From NCBI GenBank assembly GCA_965205605.1, contig CBDBHE010000007.1, positions 352,001-416,000 of the forward strand: DNA of 64,000 nucleotides, given 5' to 3'. Made by a program: the position numbers and the translations under genes. Origin of the DNA: Spirochaetota bacterium (GTDB lineage: Bacteria > Spirochaetota > UBA12135 > COTS27 > CBDBHE01). Shown piece by piece: positions 1 through 9,683 of this stretch; the stretch's first letter is position 1, and the number at the start of each line of letters is the position of its first letter. The notes under the pieces were generated by a model. That model was not told the origin of the DNA. It did no database searches and worked only from the letters and a program-made list of their open reading frames with translations.

Positions 1-19
1 TTTAAGAGTAAAAAAAATC

Positions 20-1588
20 TTGAAGCATCAAGTCCTTTCTTTTTTTAAAAAACCACTTTTCTTTGATTTAATCGTTTTAAATGCTTTGGTGGGTTTATCG
101 ATCCTCTTTCGGTTTTACACCTTTGAGAAAAGCGTCATCGATTGGGATGAATCAACCTATATTCTCATAGGCAAAGCTCTGCTAGAAGGAAAACAACTCT
201 ATCTAGATGTCTGGGATATTAAAACACCGGGGATTTTTTGGATCTATGCCTTGATTGGAGGAGCCTTTAAAAATATGATTTATGGCTCTAGGCTCATCAC
301 AAGTATCACCCTTGGTTTTTCTAGCTTTATGATTTATCAAATCATCAAACTCTTTTATAAAAAAGAATCTTTTCCAGCCCTCTTGGCTCTTTTAGGAGCT
401 GTTTTTTATCTAAGCATCCTCAGTGCTCAAAACCCCCTTATCCTCATAAAACAGTTTCCCGAGCGAAAACTTTTATTTCATTTGTTTGGTCCTAACACAG
501 AAATTTTTTTTAATTTTTTTACTTTAATGGGGTTTTGGGTTTTTTTTCGTTTTTTTTCCAAAAAGCGATTCCTTTTTCTTTCGGGATGTTTGCTGAGCAT
601 TGGGTTTTTCATTAAATACATTATTATTTTAGAAATGGGATTTTTGTTAGTCGCTTTAGGCCTCCTCTTAAAACAACAAACCAATCAAACTCTTTTTAGT
701 AAAAAATTTGTCATGTTATTTTCGAAAAAAAGTGCTTATCTCATTTTAGGCTATGCTTTACCTACCTTTATTTGGGTAGGTCTCTTTTGGTATCAAAATA
801 ATGGTGACCTGTTTTTAAACCATTTAGTTGACCTAAAAACTTACTTGCTAAAAAATGAAAGCTCTTCCCTAGCTTCAAAGGCATCCTTACATTTCAAAAC
901 CTATTTGATCTACACCCCTATTTTGATATTTCCTATTTCATTTTTTTGTCTAACAAGCCTTTTAATGATTGCTAAAAAGATTTTCTTGGATCGAAAACCT
1001 CCCTTGATTTTTGAACAAATCACCCTTTTATGGTGTGGGCTTTATCCAATCGTAATGATCATTGGAAAGCAATATATTCATTATACTTATCAACTTTTTC
1101 CTGCATTTTCATGTTTAGCTGTACTAACATTTTCAAAATCCAATTTTAAAAAAAAATCCTTTCGACTCACCGCTATCAGCGTTTACTTGATTTTGACCTG
1201 CTTAGTGATGCTCCTTCCCATTCAAAAACAACACCAAAAAAAATATCCCTATCAAAGCGACTTTCCAAGACAAATCGCCGATTTTATCTCAAAAGATGCT
1301 CCCACAAAAGATTTCACTCTTTTTTGCGAAAACTCTTCCCACATTATTTATTATCTTCTAGACAAAACCCCCCTCACAAAATACATTCATCCTTCTCTCC
1401 TTTATAATTCAAAACGATTTGCCTTCGATGCAAAAAAAGAATACAATCACATCTATGCTCAAAAGCCAACTTACGTCATCTTTAATCCTAAAAAACCAAG
1501 CTCAAAAAAAATTACCGGAAGAAATTACTTAAAAGAATATCAAACCATCCGTTCTTTTGGAAGTATCCAAGTCTTAAAAAGAAAGTAA
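20..1588 (+). CDS. GT-C membrane glycosyltransferase (ArnT/GT39/PMT_2-like)
   Basis: Multi-TM protein with DWDESTY after TM1 and LYLDVWDIKTPG motif, plus a C-terminal soluble domain; TTG start. Confidence 0.75.
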   Translation: MKHQVLSFFKKPLFFDLIVLNALVGLSILFRFYTFEKSVIDWDESTYILIGKALLEGKQLYLDVWDIKTPGIFWIYALIGGAFKNMIYGSRLITSITLGFSSFMIYQIIKLFYKKESFPALLALLGAVFYLSILSAQNPLILIKQFPERKLLFHLFGPNTEIFFNFFTLMGFWVFFRFFSKKRFLFLSGCLLSIGFFIKYIIILEMGFLLVALGLLLKQQTNQTLFSKKFVMLFSKKSAYLILGYALPTFIWVGLFWYQNNGDLFLNHLVDLKTYLLKNESSSLASKASLHFKTYLIYTPILIFPISFFCLTSLLMIAKKIFLDRKPPLIFEQITLLWCGLYPIVMIIGKQYIHYTYQLFPAFSCLAVLTFSKSNFKKKSFRLTAISVYLILTCLVMLLPIQKQHQKKYPYQSDFPRQIADFISKDAPTKDFTLFCENSSHIIYYLLDKTPLTKYIHPSLLYNSKRFAFDAKKEYNHIYAQKPTYVIFNPKKPSSKKITGRNYLKEYQTIRSFGSIQVLKRK

Positions 1589-1675
1589 GTTTTTTTCTTG
1601 AGTTTTATTTTGCTTTTTTTAAATCAAATTTTACATCAAACTTACGCTCAAACTAGCCAAAAGCGAATACATTTT

Positions 1676-2188
1676 TTACCAAAATCCATAAAAATGAAAA
1701 TCTCCATGGGTTTGATTGGAAGAATTATACCAATGTTGAAAGGATTTTTTCTTCCCCTTTGGCATGACGGGAATGAGTTTCCAATCATAATCATCGGATC
1801 CAATGCTAGGATCATAAAAATAATTACATAAAATCATTTTTTGACTTCCTTTCATCAGTCCCACATACTGCACTCTTAAATAAGGAAAGTACTTTAACAC
1901 TTGCTTGAGTTTCTTTTGCTGCTCTTTTGAAAAGCTTTTTGAAGAAGTCATTAATTGATGAAGATGGGCTTGAGTTTTTTTACTAAGATTTTTTGTGTCT
2001 TCTTTTTTAAGATTCCAAAAATGAACATTTGATTGCCTTAAAAAAAATTCGAATCCACTTTGATCTTTTAAAATCACTTCTCGATCTTTCGAAAGCCCTT
2101 TTGAAAAGTTTCTTGTAGTGCTGACACAAGTCACTAAAAAAAATGCCATTACAAATAGATTGAAAAACTTTAAAGCCTCTTTTTTCAT
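1676..2188 (-). CDS. Hypothetical lipoprotein
   Basis: 170 aa; basic N-terminus, hydrophobic stretch and lipobox-like LVTC. Confidence 0.55.
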   Translation of the reverse strand: MKKEALKFFNLFVMAFFLVTCVSTTRNFSKGLSKDREVILKDQSGFEFFLRQSNVHFWNLKKEDTKNLSKKTQAHLHQLMTSSKSFSKEQQKKLKQVLKYFPYLRVQYVGLMKGSQKMILCNYFYDPSIGSDDYDWKLIPVMPKGKKKSFQHWYNSSNQTHGDFHFYGFW

Positions 2189-2260
2189 AATACTAATTTC
2201 GACAACAAAGTGCCAATAAATTAAAAAGTAAACTATTTTTTTAAAAAAGAAAGAAAAAAT

Positions 2261-2440
2261 TTATTTTTTACAGTTAGCTTCTTTTTTAATTGGACAAAAA
2301 AAACATTTAATTTTCTCACCCTTATTTCCAAGCAAAACTTGGTTGCCACAACTTGAAAATGCTTTACCTGCAACCAAAAAGCCTATCATCATTAAAAAAA
2401 GTGAAAGCACCATCACTAAAAAAGTTAAAATAAAAACCAT
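2261..2440 (-). CDS. nqrM: NqrM-like Na+-NQR maturation factor (59 aa, not in ORF track)
   Basis: Manual translation MVFILTFLVMVLSLFLMMIGFLVAGKAFSSCGNQVLLGNKGEKIKCFFCPIKKEANCKK: one TM helix, SCG and four Cys; AGGAG RBS at 2451-2455; directly after apbE. Confidence 0.75.
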   Translation of the reverse strand: MVFILTFLVMVLSLFLMMIGFLVAGKAFSSCGNQVLLGNKGEKIKCFFCPIKKEANCKK

Positions 2441-2454
2441 CTTAATAACACTCC

Positions 2455-3579
2455 TTATTTAGTTTTTTTAGGCTCCATCGCCTTTGGGTTTCTTTGTAAA
2501 ACTTGTTTCATTAAAGGGGTTACTTGATAAACAAACGATTTTTTATTATTTCTATAAACAAAAAAAGCTTTGATATGATGCCGAACGGCCCAGCGATAAG
2601 CTTGTTTTTCTCCCATCACAAAAAAAGCAGTCGCCAAACCATCCGCTAAAGCACACGTTTGGGCGATGACGCTCACCGAGCTTAATAAGCTTTCTACCGG
2701 TTTTTTTGTCTTGGGATCAATCAAATGCGAGTACTTTTTATCATCAAGTATAAAGTAATTTTGATAATCTCCAGAAGTAGCAATCGCTTCATCTTTTAAA
2801 AAAACAACTTGTAAAGGACGCTTGTCTTCTTTTTTAGGCGACTGGATCCCAACAGACCACAAGTGATCTTTTTTTTTTCCTCTGACCTTAATCTCTCCTC
2901 CAATTTCAACAAAGTAATTATTAATTCCCATCAAAGTAAGCTCCTTACAAACTTGATCAACCCCATATCCTTTGGCAATGGCAGAAAGATTGATAGAAAG
3001 ATTTTTAATTTTTTTAATGAACATTCGATTTTTTTTTTGCAAAATCAAATTAGTATAACCCAAAGGGTCAACCAAAGAAGAAGCTATTTTAAAATCATTT
3101 TGAGACAATTTTTTTTTCTTATGTCCAAAACCAAAATGGTCGATTAAAGGGGCAAGAGTGATATCAAAAGCACCTCTGGTTTGCTTACTTAGGTCAAGAG
3201 ACATTTGGACAAGATCAAATAAAGCAGGGCTGACATGAAAAGGTTTTGTAGAAAGATGAGCGTTAAATAAAGACACTTCCGAATTTTTTTTATAAGTCGA
3301 AAAAACATGATTTAATTCATCGAGTTTGTTTTTGATGCGATGGGTAAGCTTTTGTTTTGAGAAAGAAGAAAAACATAAAACCGTATAAGTCGTGCCCATT
3401 GTTTTCCCTTTAATAGAAAGCAAAGACGAAGCTTCAGTTTTAACAGAAGAGGGAAAAAAGCAACCTTTTTGAAAGTAAAGAAAGCAAAGAAAAAAAACAA
3501 AAGCCCCCAAAAAAAATTTAGAGGAAAAAGTTAAGTTTTTAAATCCCAAAGTCATCGAGGAGAATATTTTCTTCTTCAA
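2455..3579 (-). CDS. apbE: FAD:protein FMN transferase ApbE
   Basis: [37 protein letters not shown] and ADGLATA motifs; follows nqrF; true start uncertain. Confidence 0.93.
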   Translation of the reverse strand: MKKKIFSSMTLGFKNLTFSSKFFLGAFVFFLCFLYFQKGCFFPSSVKTEASSLLSIKGKTMGTTYTVLCFSSFSKQKLTHRIKNKLDELNHVFSTYKKNSEVSLFNAHLSTKPFHVSPALFDLVQMSLDLSKQTRGAFDITLAPLIDHFGFGHKKKKLSQNDFKIASSLVDPLGYTNLILQKKNRMFIKKIKNLSINLSAIAKGYGVDQVCKELTLMGINNYFVEIGGEIKVRGKKKDHLWSVGIQSPKKEDKRPLQVVFLKDEAIATSGDYQNYFILDDKKYSHLIDPKTKKPVESLLSSVSVIAQTCALADGLATAFFVMGEKQAYRWAVRHHIKAFFVYRNNKKSFVYQVTPLMKQVLQRNPKAMEPKKTK

Positions 3580-4774
3580 CCCCTAAAACATTGCGCAACA
3601 AATTAAGGACGGCTTCATTCATCACCGGAGGCCCACAAATATAATATTCACAATCTTCTGGAGCAGGGTGATTTTTTAAATAATGCTCATACAACACTTG
3701 GTGAATAAACCCAACATACCCCCTCCATTTATCTTTTTTAAAAGGTTCTGAAAGAGCGATATTCCAAGTAAAATTAGAATGTTTTTTAGCGAGCTCATCA
3801 AAATCTCGTTGATAAAAAACTTCTCGACTGCTTCTAGCCCCATACCAAAAACTTATTTTTCGCTTTGAATTTATTCGCTTTAATTGATCAAAAATATGCG
3901 ATCTCATTGGAGCCATTCCAGCCCCTCCTCCAATAAAAACCATTTCTGCCTTTGTTTTTTTGGCAAAAAATTCTCCATAAGGGCCTGAAATAGTCACTTT
4001 GTCTCCTTTTTTAAGGTTAAAAATATACGAAGACATTTTTCCAGGAGGAGCCGATGGTTTATTATAAGGAGCAACCGCAATACGCACATTTAACATAATC
4101 ATTCCTTTTTCTTCGGGATAGCTTGCCATCGAATACGCTCTTTCTACTGGTTCATCGACATTAGAAACATAGTTCCAAAAATGATATTTATCCCATTCAT
4201 CTCGATATTGTTTTTCGACTTCAAAATTTTTAAAAGAGGCTTTGTAAGGAGGCGATTCGATTTGAATATACCCCCCTGCTTTAAAATCAACATCTTCTCC
4301 TTTAGGGAGAGTTAAGACGAGTTCTTTAATAAAAGTAGCCACATTACGGTTAGACTTAACGGTACATTCCCATTTTTTAACTGAAAAAACCGTTGGGTCA
4401 AGTTCGATTTTCATATCATTTTTTACTTTAAGCTGGCAAGATAAACGCACTTTTTCTTGTTGTTCTCTTTTATTAAGATGCCCCACTTCTGTTTGGAGTA
4501 AGTCTCCACCTCCTTCTACGACTTTAACCTTACACTGAGCACAAGTGCCCCCGCCTCCGCAAGCAGATGAAATAAAAATCTTACTATTTGCCAGTGTCGT
4601 CAAAAGAGACGACCCAACTGAGGTTTTAATGGGTTTATCCCCCTCATCATTAATAATAATATTGACATCCCCACTGGCAACGAGCTTTGATTTAGCCAAT
4701 AAAATCAAACTGACTAACACTAAAACAACTCCCGTAAAAGCACTAATGCCGATGCTAATAATCATGATTTCCAT
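3539..4774 (-). CDS. nqrF: Na+-NQR subunit F
   Basis: 2Fe-2S motif [36 protein letters not shown]-terminal DDFG; start moved to MEIMII. Confidence 0.97.
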   Translation of the reverse strand: MEIMIISIGISAFTGVVLVLVSLILLAKSKLVASGDVNIIINDEGDKPIKTSVGSSLLTTLANSKIFISSACGGGGTCAQCKVKVVEGGGDLLQTEVGHLNKREQQEKVRLSCQLKVKNDMKIELDPTVFSVKKWECTVKSNRNVATFIKELVLTLPKGEDVDFKAGGYIQIESPPYKASFKNFEVEKQYRDEWDKYHFWNYVSNVDEPVERAYSMASYPEEKGMIMLNVRIAVAPYNKPSAPPGKMSSYIFNLKKGDKVTISGPYGEFFAKKTKAEMVFIGGGAGMAPMRSHIFDQLKRINSKRKISFWYGARSSREVFYQRDFDELAKKHSNFTWNIALSEPFKKDKWRGYVGFIHQVLYEHYLKNHPAPEDCEYYICGPPVMNEAVLNLLRNVLGVEEENILLDDFGI

Positions 4775-4793
4775 CGTGTTATTTCCTTTTTTT

Positions 4794-5411
4794 TTAAAAC
4801 TGTATCCCAGCAAAAGCCATAAAAGCAATCGCCATTAACCCTGTAATAATAAAGGTAATCCCCAGTCCTCTTAAAGCAGGAGGGATCTTATGATACGACA
4901 GTTTTTCTCGTATCCCCGCAAGCGCCACTAGTGCAAGTGCCCAACCAGTCCCCGAACCAAAGCCATAAACAAGACTTTCATTTAAATTATAATCCCTTTC
5001 AACCATAAAAAGAGTGCCCCCTAAAATCGCACAATTGACTGTAATGAGAGGAAGAAAAATCCCCAACATATTATAAAGAGCTGGAAAAAATTTTTCTAAA
5101 AACATTTCTAAGATTTGCACCATCGCTGCAATCACCCCAATATAGCAAATGAGGCCTATAAAAGTCAAATTAATTTCTGAAAACCCAACCCCTAAAAAAG
5201 ATAAGGCTCCCTCTTTTAAAATAAGATTAAAAATCAAATTATTCACCGGTACCGTAATCACTTGCACAACAATCACGGCGATTCCAAGTCCTATCGCCGC
5301 ACTTATTTTCTTTGAACACGCCAAAAATGTACACATTCCAAGAAAAAAAGCCAGTGCCATATTTTCAATAAAGGCTGATTTAATAAAAATACTTAAATAA
5401 TGTTCTATCAT
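4794..5411 (-). CDS. nqrE: Na+-NQR subunit E
   Basis: [12 protein letters not shown] and [10 protein letters not shown] motifs; operon position. Confidence 0.96.
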   Translation of the reverse strand: MIEHYLSIFIKSAFIENMALAFFLGMCTFLACSKKISAAIGLGIAVIVVQVITVPVNNLIFNLILKEGALSFLGVGFSEINLTFIGLICYIGVIAAMVQILEMFLEKFFPALYNMLGIFLPLITVNCAILGGTLFMVERDYNLNESLVYGFGSGTGWALALVALAGIREKLSYHKIPPALRGLGITFIITGLMAIAFMAFAGIQF

Positions 5412-5439
5412 TTTCCGTCATTCCTTTTTTTAATAAACA

Positions 5440-6153
5440 TTAATTTTCTTCCCTTTGATCTTTTTTAAAAGAACGTAAAATCCAAATGAAAATCCCAATG
5501 AGAAAAAAAGCACTCGGAGGCAATAAAAGCAGTCCATTAGGAACATACCATCCCCCGTCACTTGCTTTAGTTAGCAGTACTTTTCCAAAAAAAGTACCTG
5601 AACCAAATACTTCTCTTATCGCTCCCACCACCATCAAAATGAGAGCATACCCCAGTCCATTACCAAGCCCATCAAAAAAACTTTTAATCGGTTTATTTTT
5701 CATCGCGTACCCTTCGGCTCGCCCCATCACAATACAATTGGTGATGATGAGCCCCACAAACACTGAAAGTTGTTTGCTCACATCATAAACAAAAGCTTTT
5801 AAAATCTGATCCACAATAATCACAAGTGAGGCAATAATCGTCATCTGCACAATAATTCGAATGCTATTTGGAACCACATTTCGAATCAACGAAACAAAAA
5901 AACTAGAAAAACTAATCACCGCTACTAAAGCCATCGACATCACCATTGATGTTTCCATTTTTGTTGTCACTGCCAGTGCCGAACAAACCCCCAAAACTTG
6001 AAGTGCAATGGGATTATTATTAAAAAGAGGGTCTAAAACATTTTTTTTAATTTCTTTTAAATATTTTTTTCGATCTGCTTTGACTCTAGTGGCATCTTTT
6101 TTCATCTCCAAGGCAACATTCGCTTCACTTACAGTTAATGTTTTACTACTCAT
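5440..6153 (-). CDS. nqrD: Na+-NQR subunit D
   Basis: [18 protein letters not shown] and [13 protein letters not shown] motifs; start uncertain. Confidence 0.96.
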   Translation of the reverse strand: MSSKTLTVSEANVALEMKKDATRVKADRKKYLKEIKKNVLDPLFNNNPIALQVLGVCSALAVTTKMETSMVMSMALVAVISFSSFFVSLIRNVVPNSIRIIVQMTIIASLVIIVDQILKAFVYDVSKQLSVFVGLIITNCIVMGRAEGYAMKNKPIKSFFDGLGNGLGYALILMVVGAIREVFGSGTFFGKVLLTKASDGGWYVPNGLLLLPPSAFFLIGIFIWILRSFKKDQREEN

Positions 6154-6219
6154 TTTTACTTTTTTTTTAATTCTCCTTATTCTTCTCTTTTATAAAATTA
6201 CAAAAAAATCTTTTTGATG

Positions 6220-6984
6220 TTACAACTTTTTTTTTAAAAACTTCCCATACGCTTTATCAGAAAACCAAAAAGCAATCATATCACTGACCCCTTTACTGGT
6301 AATCGTTGCCCCTGAAAGACCATCGACTTGGTAAACATTATCCTTTGCTGCCGGTCCTTTAATGACTTTGAGTAAGACTTGTTTTTGATCGTCATAGACT
6401 CTTTTATCGACCCAAATCTTTTTCCATTTTGGGTTATCAACTTCACCCCCTAGTCCAGGAGTTTCGGCATGCTGGTAATAGGTAATGTTTTTAACAACAC
6501 TGGCATTTTTATCAACTGCCAAAAAACCATATAAAGTTGACCAAAGACCATACCCTCTGATGGGAATAATAAACGCTTGTAACTCATTGTTTTCATTCAC
6601 CACTTCATACAAAAGCCCATACCGAGCCCTACGCCTCACTTGAGCGAGATCTTCTTTTTGACTTAACGCAATACTATTTTTAGGATCTTTTGCCATTTGT
6701 AATTGATCATACGTAAAAGGATCAACAGCATCTGTTTTCACCCCCTCTTCAAAATCAATCACTTGGGGACGAATGAGTCGATAAAGTCGATCGATGTCTT
6801 CTTCACCAATCACTTGCCCACTTTCATACAAGCCTGCGGCTAGAAGAATATTTTTCTTTTTATCAAGGGCTTGATTTTTTTCTTGCCTCTCTTTTAAGAG
6901 CACCGCTGCTACAGAAACAAACGTCGAGCAAATCACACATAAAAGAAAGGCAACCAATAAAGTTTTAAAATTACTATCTTTCAA
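6220..6984 (-). CDS. nqrC: Na+-NQR subunit C
   Basis: GYGLWS, ETPGLGGEV and FMN attachment site DGLSGATITS. Confidence 0.96.
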   Translation of the reverse strand: MKDSNFKTLLVAFLLCVICSTFVSVAAVLLKERQEKNQALDKKKNILLAAGLYESGQVIGEEDIDRLYRLIRPQVIDFEEGVKTDAVDPFTYDQLQMAKDPKNSIALSQKEDLAQVRRRARYGLLYEVVNENNELQAFIIPIRGYGLWSTLYGFLAVDKNASVVKNITYYQHAETPGLGGEVDNPKWKKIWVDKRVYDDQKQVLLKVIKGPAAKDNVYQVDGLSGATITSKGVSDMIAFWFSDKAYGKFLKKKL

Positions 6985-8222
6985 TTTAAGTCTCCCTTAC
7001 CATAACGATTCATTCGTTTTTTAATATTACTCTCTATAAAAAAATGATCAATAACAGGTGCAAAGACATTCACCAATAAAATCGCAAGCATAATCCCTTC
7101 TGGAAAAGCTGGATTAATCACTCGAATCACCATCGCCAAGATCCCAATGAGAAACCCATAAATATTTTTTCCTTTTTCTGTCATCGAAGCGGAAACAGGA
7201 TCGGTTGCCATAAATACCATCCCAAAACCAAATCCCCCCAAAACAAAATGCCACCAAGGCGGAAGGGTAAACATTGGATTTTCAATCAAGCCTGTCTCAT
7301 TTAAAACATTAAAAAGATAACTCGAAAATACCATCCCTAAAAAAACAAACAACATAATCCTCCATGACCCAATGCCCGTCATGATTAAATAACACGCCCC
7401 TAGCAAACATAGTAAAGTCGACGTTTCTCCCATTGACCCTGGTATCAAACCTAAAAAAGCTTGCTGCCAAGTAAACCCTGCAGCTAAAATTTTCTCAATG
7501 CCTCCTTCTGCCCCTAGTGCCAAAGGAGTCGCTTTTGTGTATCCATCGATTGCAACCCAAACTTGATCACCACTAATATCAGCTGGATAAGCAAAAAATA
7601 AAAAAACTCTTGCTGTTAAAGCTGGATTTAAAAAATTAAACCCAACCCCTCCAAAAATCTCTTTTCCAATCACGACCCCAAAGCTTGTTCCTAAACAAAC
7701 TTGCCATAGAGGAATGTTTGGCGGTAAAATAAGTGCAATTAATGTCCCTGTTACTAAAAAGGCTTCCGTTACTTCGTGTTTTCTAACTACAGCAAACAGT
7801 ACTTCCCAAAAACCACCCGTTAACATGACCACTAAATAAACCGGTAAAAAATATAAAAGCCCATGCACAAAACAGTCTAACACTTCATTCGCTGATGTCC
7901 CAAACCCTAAAAACTTGATCAACCCTATTTGCCACCCCTTTTCTGAAAAAGTCCCCATTTCTTCAAGCGCTAAGTTTGCTTGATAACCCACATTGTAAAT
8001 CGCCATTAAAATACAAGGGGTTAAAGCAAAAACAACCGTAATCATCACTCGCTTTAAATCAAGCCCATCTCTGACATGAGGAGCTCGTTTGGTCACCGTC
8101 CCTGGAGTAAATAAAATCGTGTCAAACATTTCATACACCGGAAATAAAACTTTTAATTTCCCCTTTTTTGAATCAAATAAAGGCTCTACATAACGATCAA
8201 TAAAAACTCTAAAAAACTTCAT
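6981..8222 (-). CDS. nqrB: Na+-NQR subunit B
   Basis: HVRDGLDLKR, KEIFGG, FMN site DGYTKATPL, FMATDPVS. Confidence 0.96.
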   Translation of the reverse strand: MKFFRVFIDRYVEPLFDSKKGKLKVLFPVYEMFDTILFTPGTVTKRAPHVRDGLDLKRVMITVVFALTPCILMAIYNVGYQANLALEEMGTFSEKGWQIGLIKFLGFGTSANEVLDCFVHGLLYFLPVYLVVMLTGGFWEVLFAVVRKHEVTEAFLVTGTLIALILPPNIPLWQVCLGTSFGVVIGKEIFGGVGFNFLNPALTARVFLFFAYPADISGDQVWVAIDGYTKATPLALGAEGGIEKILAAGFTWQQAFLGLIPGSMGETSTLLCLLGACYLIMTGIGSWRIMLFVFLGMVFSSYLFNVLNETGLIENPMFTLPPWWHFVLGGFGFGMVFMATDPVSASMTEKGKNIYGFLIGILAMVIRVINPAFPEGIMLAILLVNVFAPVIDHFFIESNIKKRMNRYGKGDLN

Positions 8223-9595
8223 TCTAATTCTTTTAAAACCCGCTCATGCATTTTCTTAAGCTGACCCCCATAATCTTGTTTACTCTGACACACAAAACTA
8301 CAAAGACTGAGATCTTCAGCGTCTAGCTCTAAAGCTCCTAATTTCTCAGATTTTTCATCATCTTTAGCTAAAAGTGCCCGTAAAAGAAACGTCGGTAAAA
8401 CTCGAAGTGGCATCACTTTTTCATACGAACCAATTGGGACCATATCTCTTTTTGAGCCTTCGTTTGAAGACGTAAAATTAAACTTTTTAAAAGGCTTTAA
8501 AAAAGCAGCCACAAAAACTCGTTTAAGTGAAAACGCGTTTAAACCTGGTTTTAAAAACCCTTGAAAAATACGATCTCGATTTTCTTCAATCGCTGAAATA
8601 ATTTGATGATACCTACCTAAATAATTAAAAGCTCCCTTCGCTTCTCGTCCACAAAGCACCGAGCCAGAAATCAATCGATAATCTCCTGATTTCACATTGC
8701 CCCTTGTCAAGTCTTCAATACACGCTCCTTGCCTCGTTTCAATAAGCCCTACTTCTTTAAACCCAACCCCCCCTAAGGCAACTACTCTATCTAAAAATAG
8801 TTTGCCAGTTACAAAAAGTTTGCCAGTGGCAATCACGTCTTGATAGTCCACATGCCACACCTTATGCCCCAAATTGACCGGGTCAATAAAATGAATATGT
8901 GTGCCAACTAATCCCGCAGGATGGGGTCCTTTAAAAAAATGTTTTTCCACTTGCTTGTTAAGTAAAAGCGATACATCTTCTTCTAAACAAAGATGCACCT
9001 TTGATCGAGTGAGTTTTGAAAGCACTTCAATCCCATCTTCAAATGCTTTTTTATGTTTTTCAATAATAAGACTGGGCTTTGGAGCAAAGGGTCGCGAATC
9101 ACTGGCTGTAATAAACAAAGACTCTCCTATCTCTTTGGGACTAGCAACTTTCCCAAAAGGCCTTACTCGAACCGATGTCCAAAGTCCCGAAGTTAATAAT
9201 AACGACTTAACTTCTTCTGTTTTAATTTTTTTAAGCTCACTTGATGTGTGTTTTTTAAAAACTCTTTCTTGTTCTTGTCTATCTAATTTAATCACCACCG
9301 ATTGTAACACTCGCTTGTCGCCTCGATTGACCTCGATGACTCTTCCACCTCCACTGGCAGTATAACAAACCTCTTCTTGCTTCTTATCGGTAAAAAGAAG
9401 ATCTCCTATTTTAACCTCATCTCCTTCTTTAACCTTCATCGTTGGCTTCATTGCAAAATAGTCATCGCCAACAATAGCAACGGTTTTTACTTTTTGGCCT
9501 TTTCTAATCACTTGACTAGGTTTCCCTAAAATAGGTAAATCAAGTCCTCGTTTAATCCTATATTGATTCATTTTCATTGAGTCGCCATTATACAA
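8219..9595 (-). CDS. nqrA: Na+-NQR subunit A
   Basis: IKRGLDLPI, GPHPAG, ISGSVL and LELDAEDLSLCSFVC motifs; start may be a few codons downstream. Confidence 0.95.
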   Translation of the reverse strand: MYNGDSMKMNQYRIKRGLDLPILGKPSQVIRKGQKVKTVAIVGDDYFAMKPTMKVKEGDEVKIGDLLFTDKKQEEVCYTASGGGRVIEVNRGDKRVLQSVVIKLDRQEQERVFKKHTSSELKKIKTEEVKSLLLTSGLWTSVRVRPFGKVASPKEIGESLFITASDSRPFAPKPSLIIEKHKKAFEDGIEVLSKLTRSKVHLCLEEDVSLLLNKQVEKHFFKGPHPAGLVGTHIHFIDPVNLGHKVWHVDYQDVIATGKLFVTGKLFLDRVVALGGVGFKEVGLIETRQGACIEDLTRGNVKSGDYRLISGSVLCGREAKGAFNYLGRYHQIISAIEENRDRIFQGFLKPGLNAFSLKRVFVAAFLKPFKKFNFTSSNEGSKRDMVPIGSYEKVMPLRVLPTFLLRALLAKDDEKSEKLGALELDAEDLSLCSFVCQSKQDYGGQLKKMHERVLKELE

Positions 9596-9683
9596 TAATT
9601 CAAATTCTTTCTTTTCTCTATTTTAGTTTTTTTTTTACTTTTTTGCGTTTTTTTTCAAATACGAACATGGTAACGTAAATAAA

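Noticed and set aside
1598-1831. 77-aa plus-strand ORF
   Set aside because: Shadow ORF antisense to the lipoprotein gene
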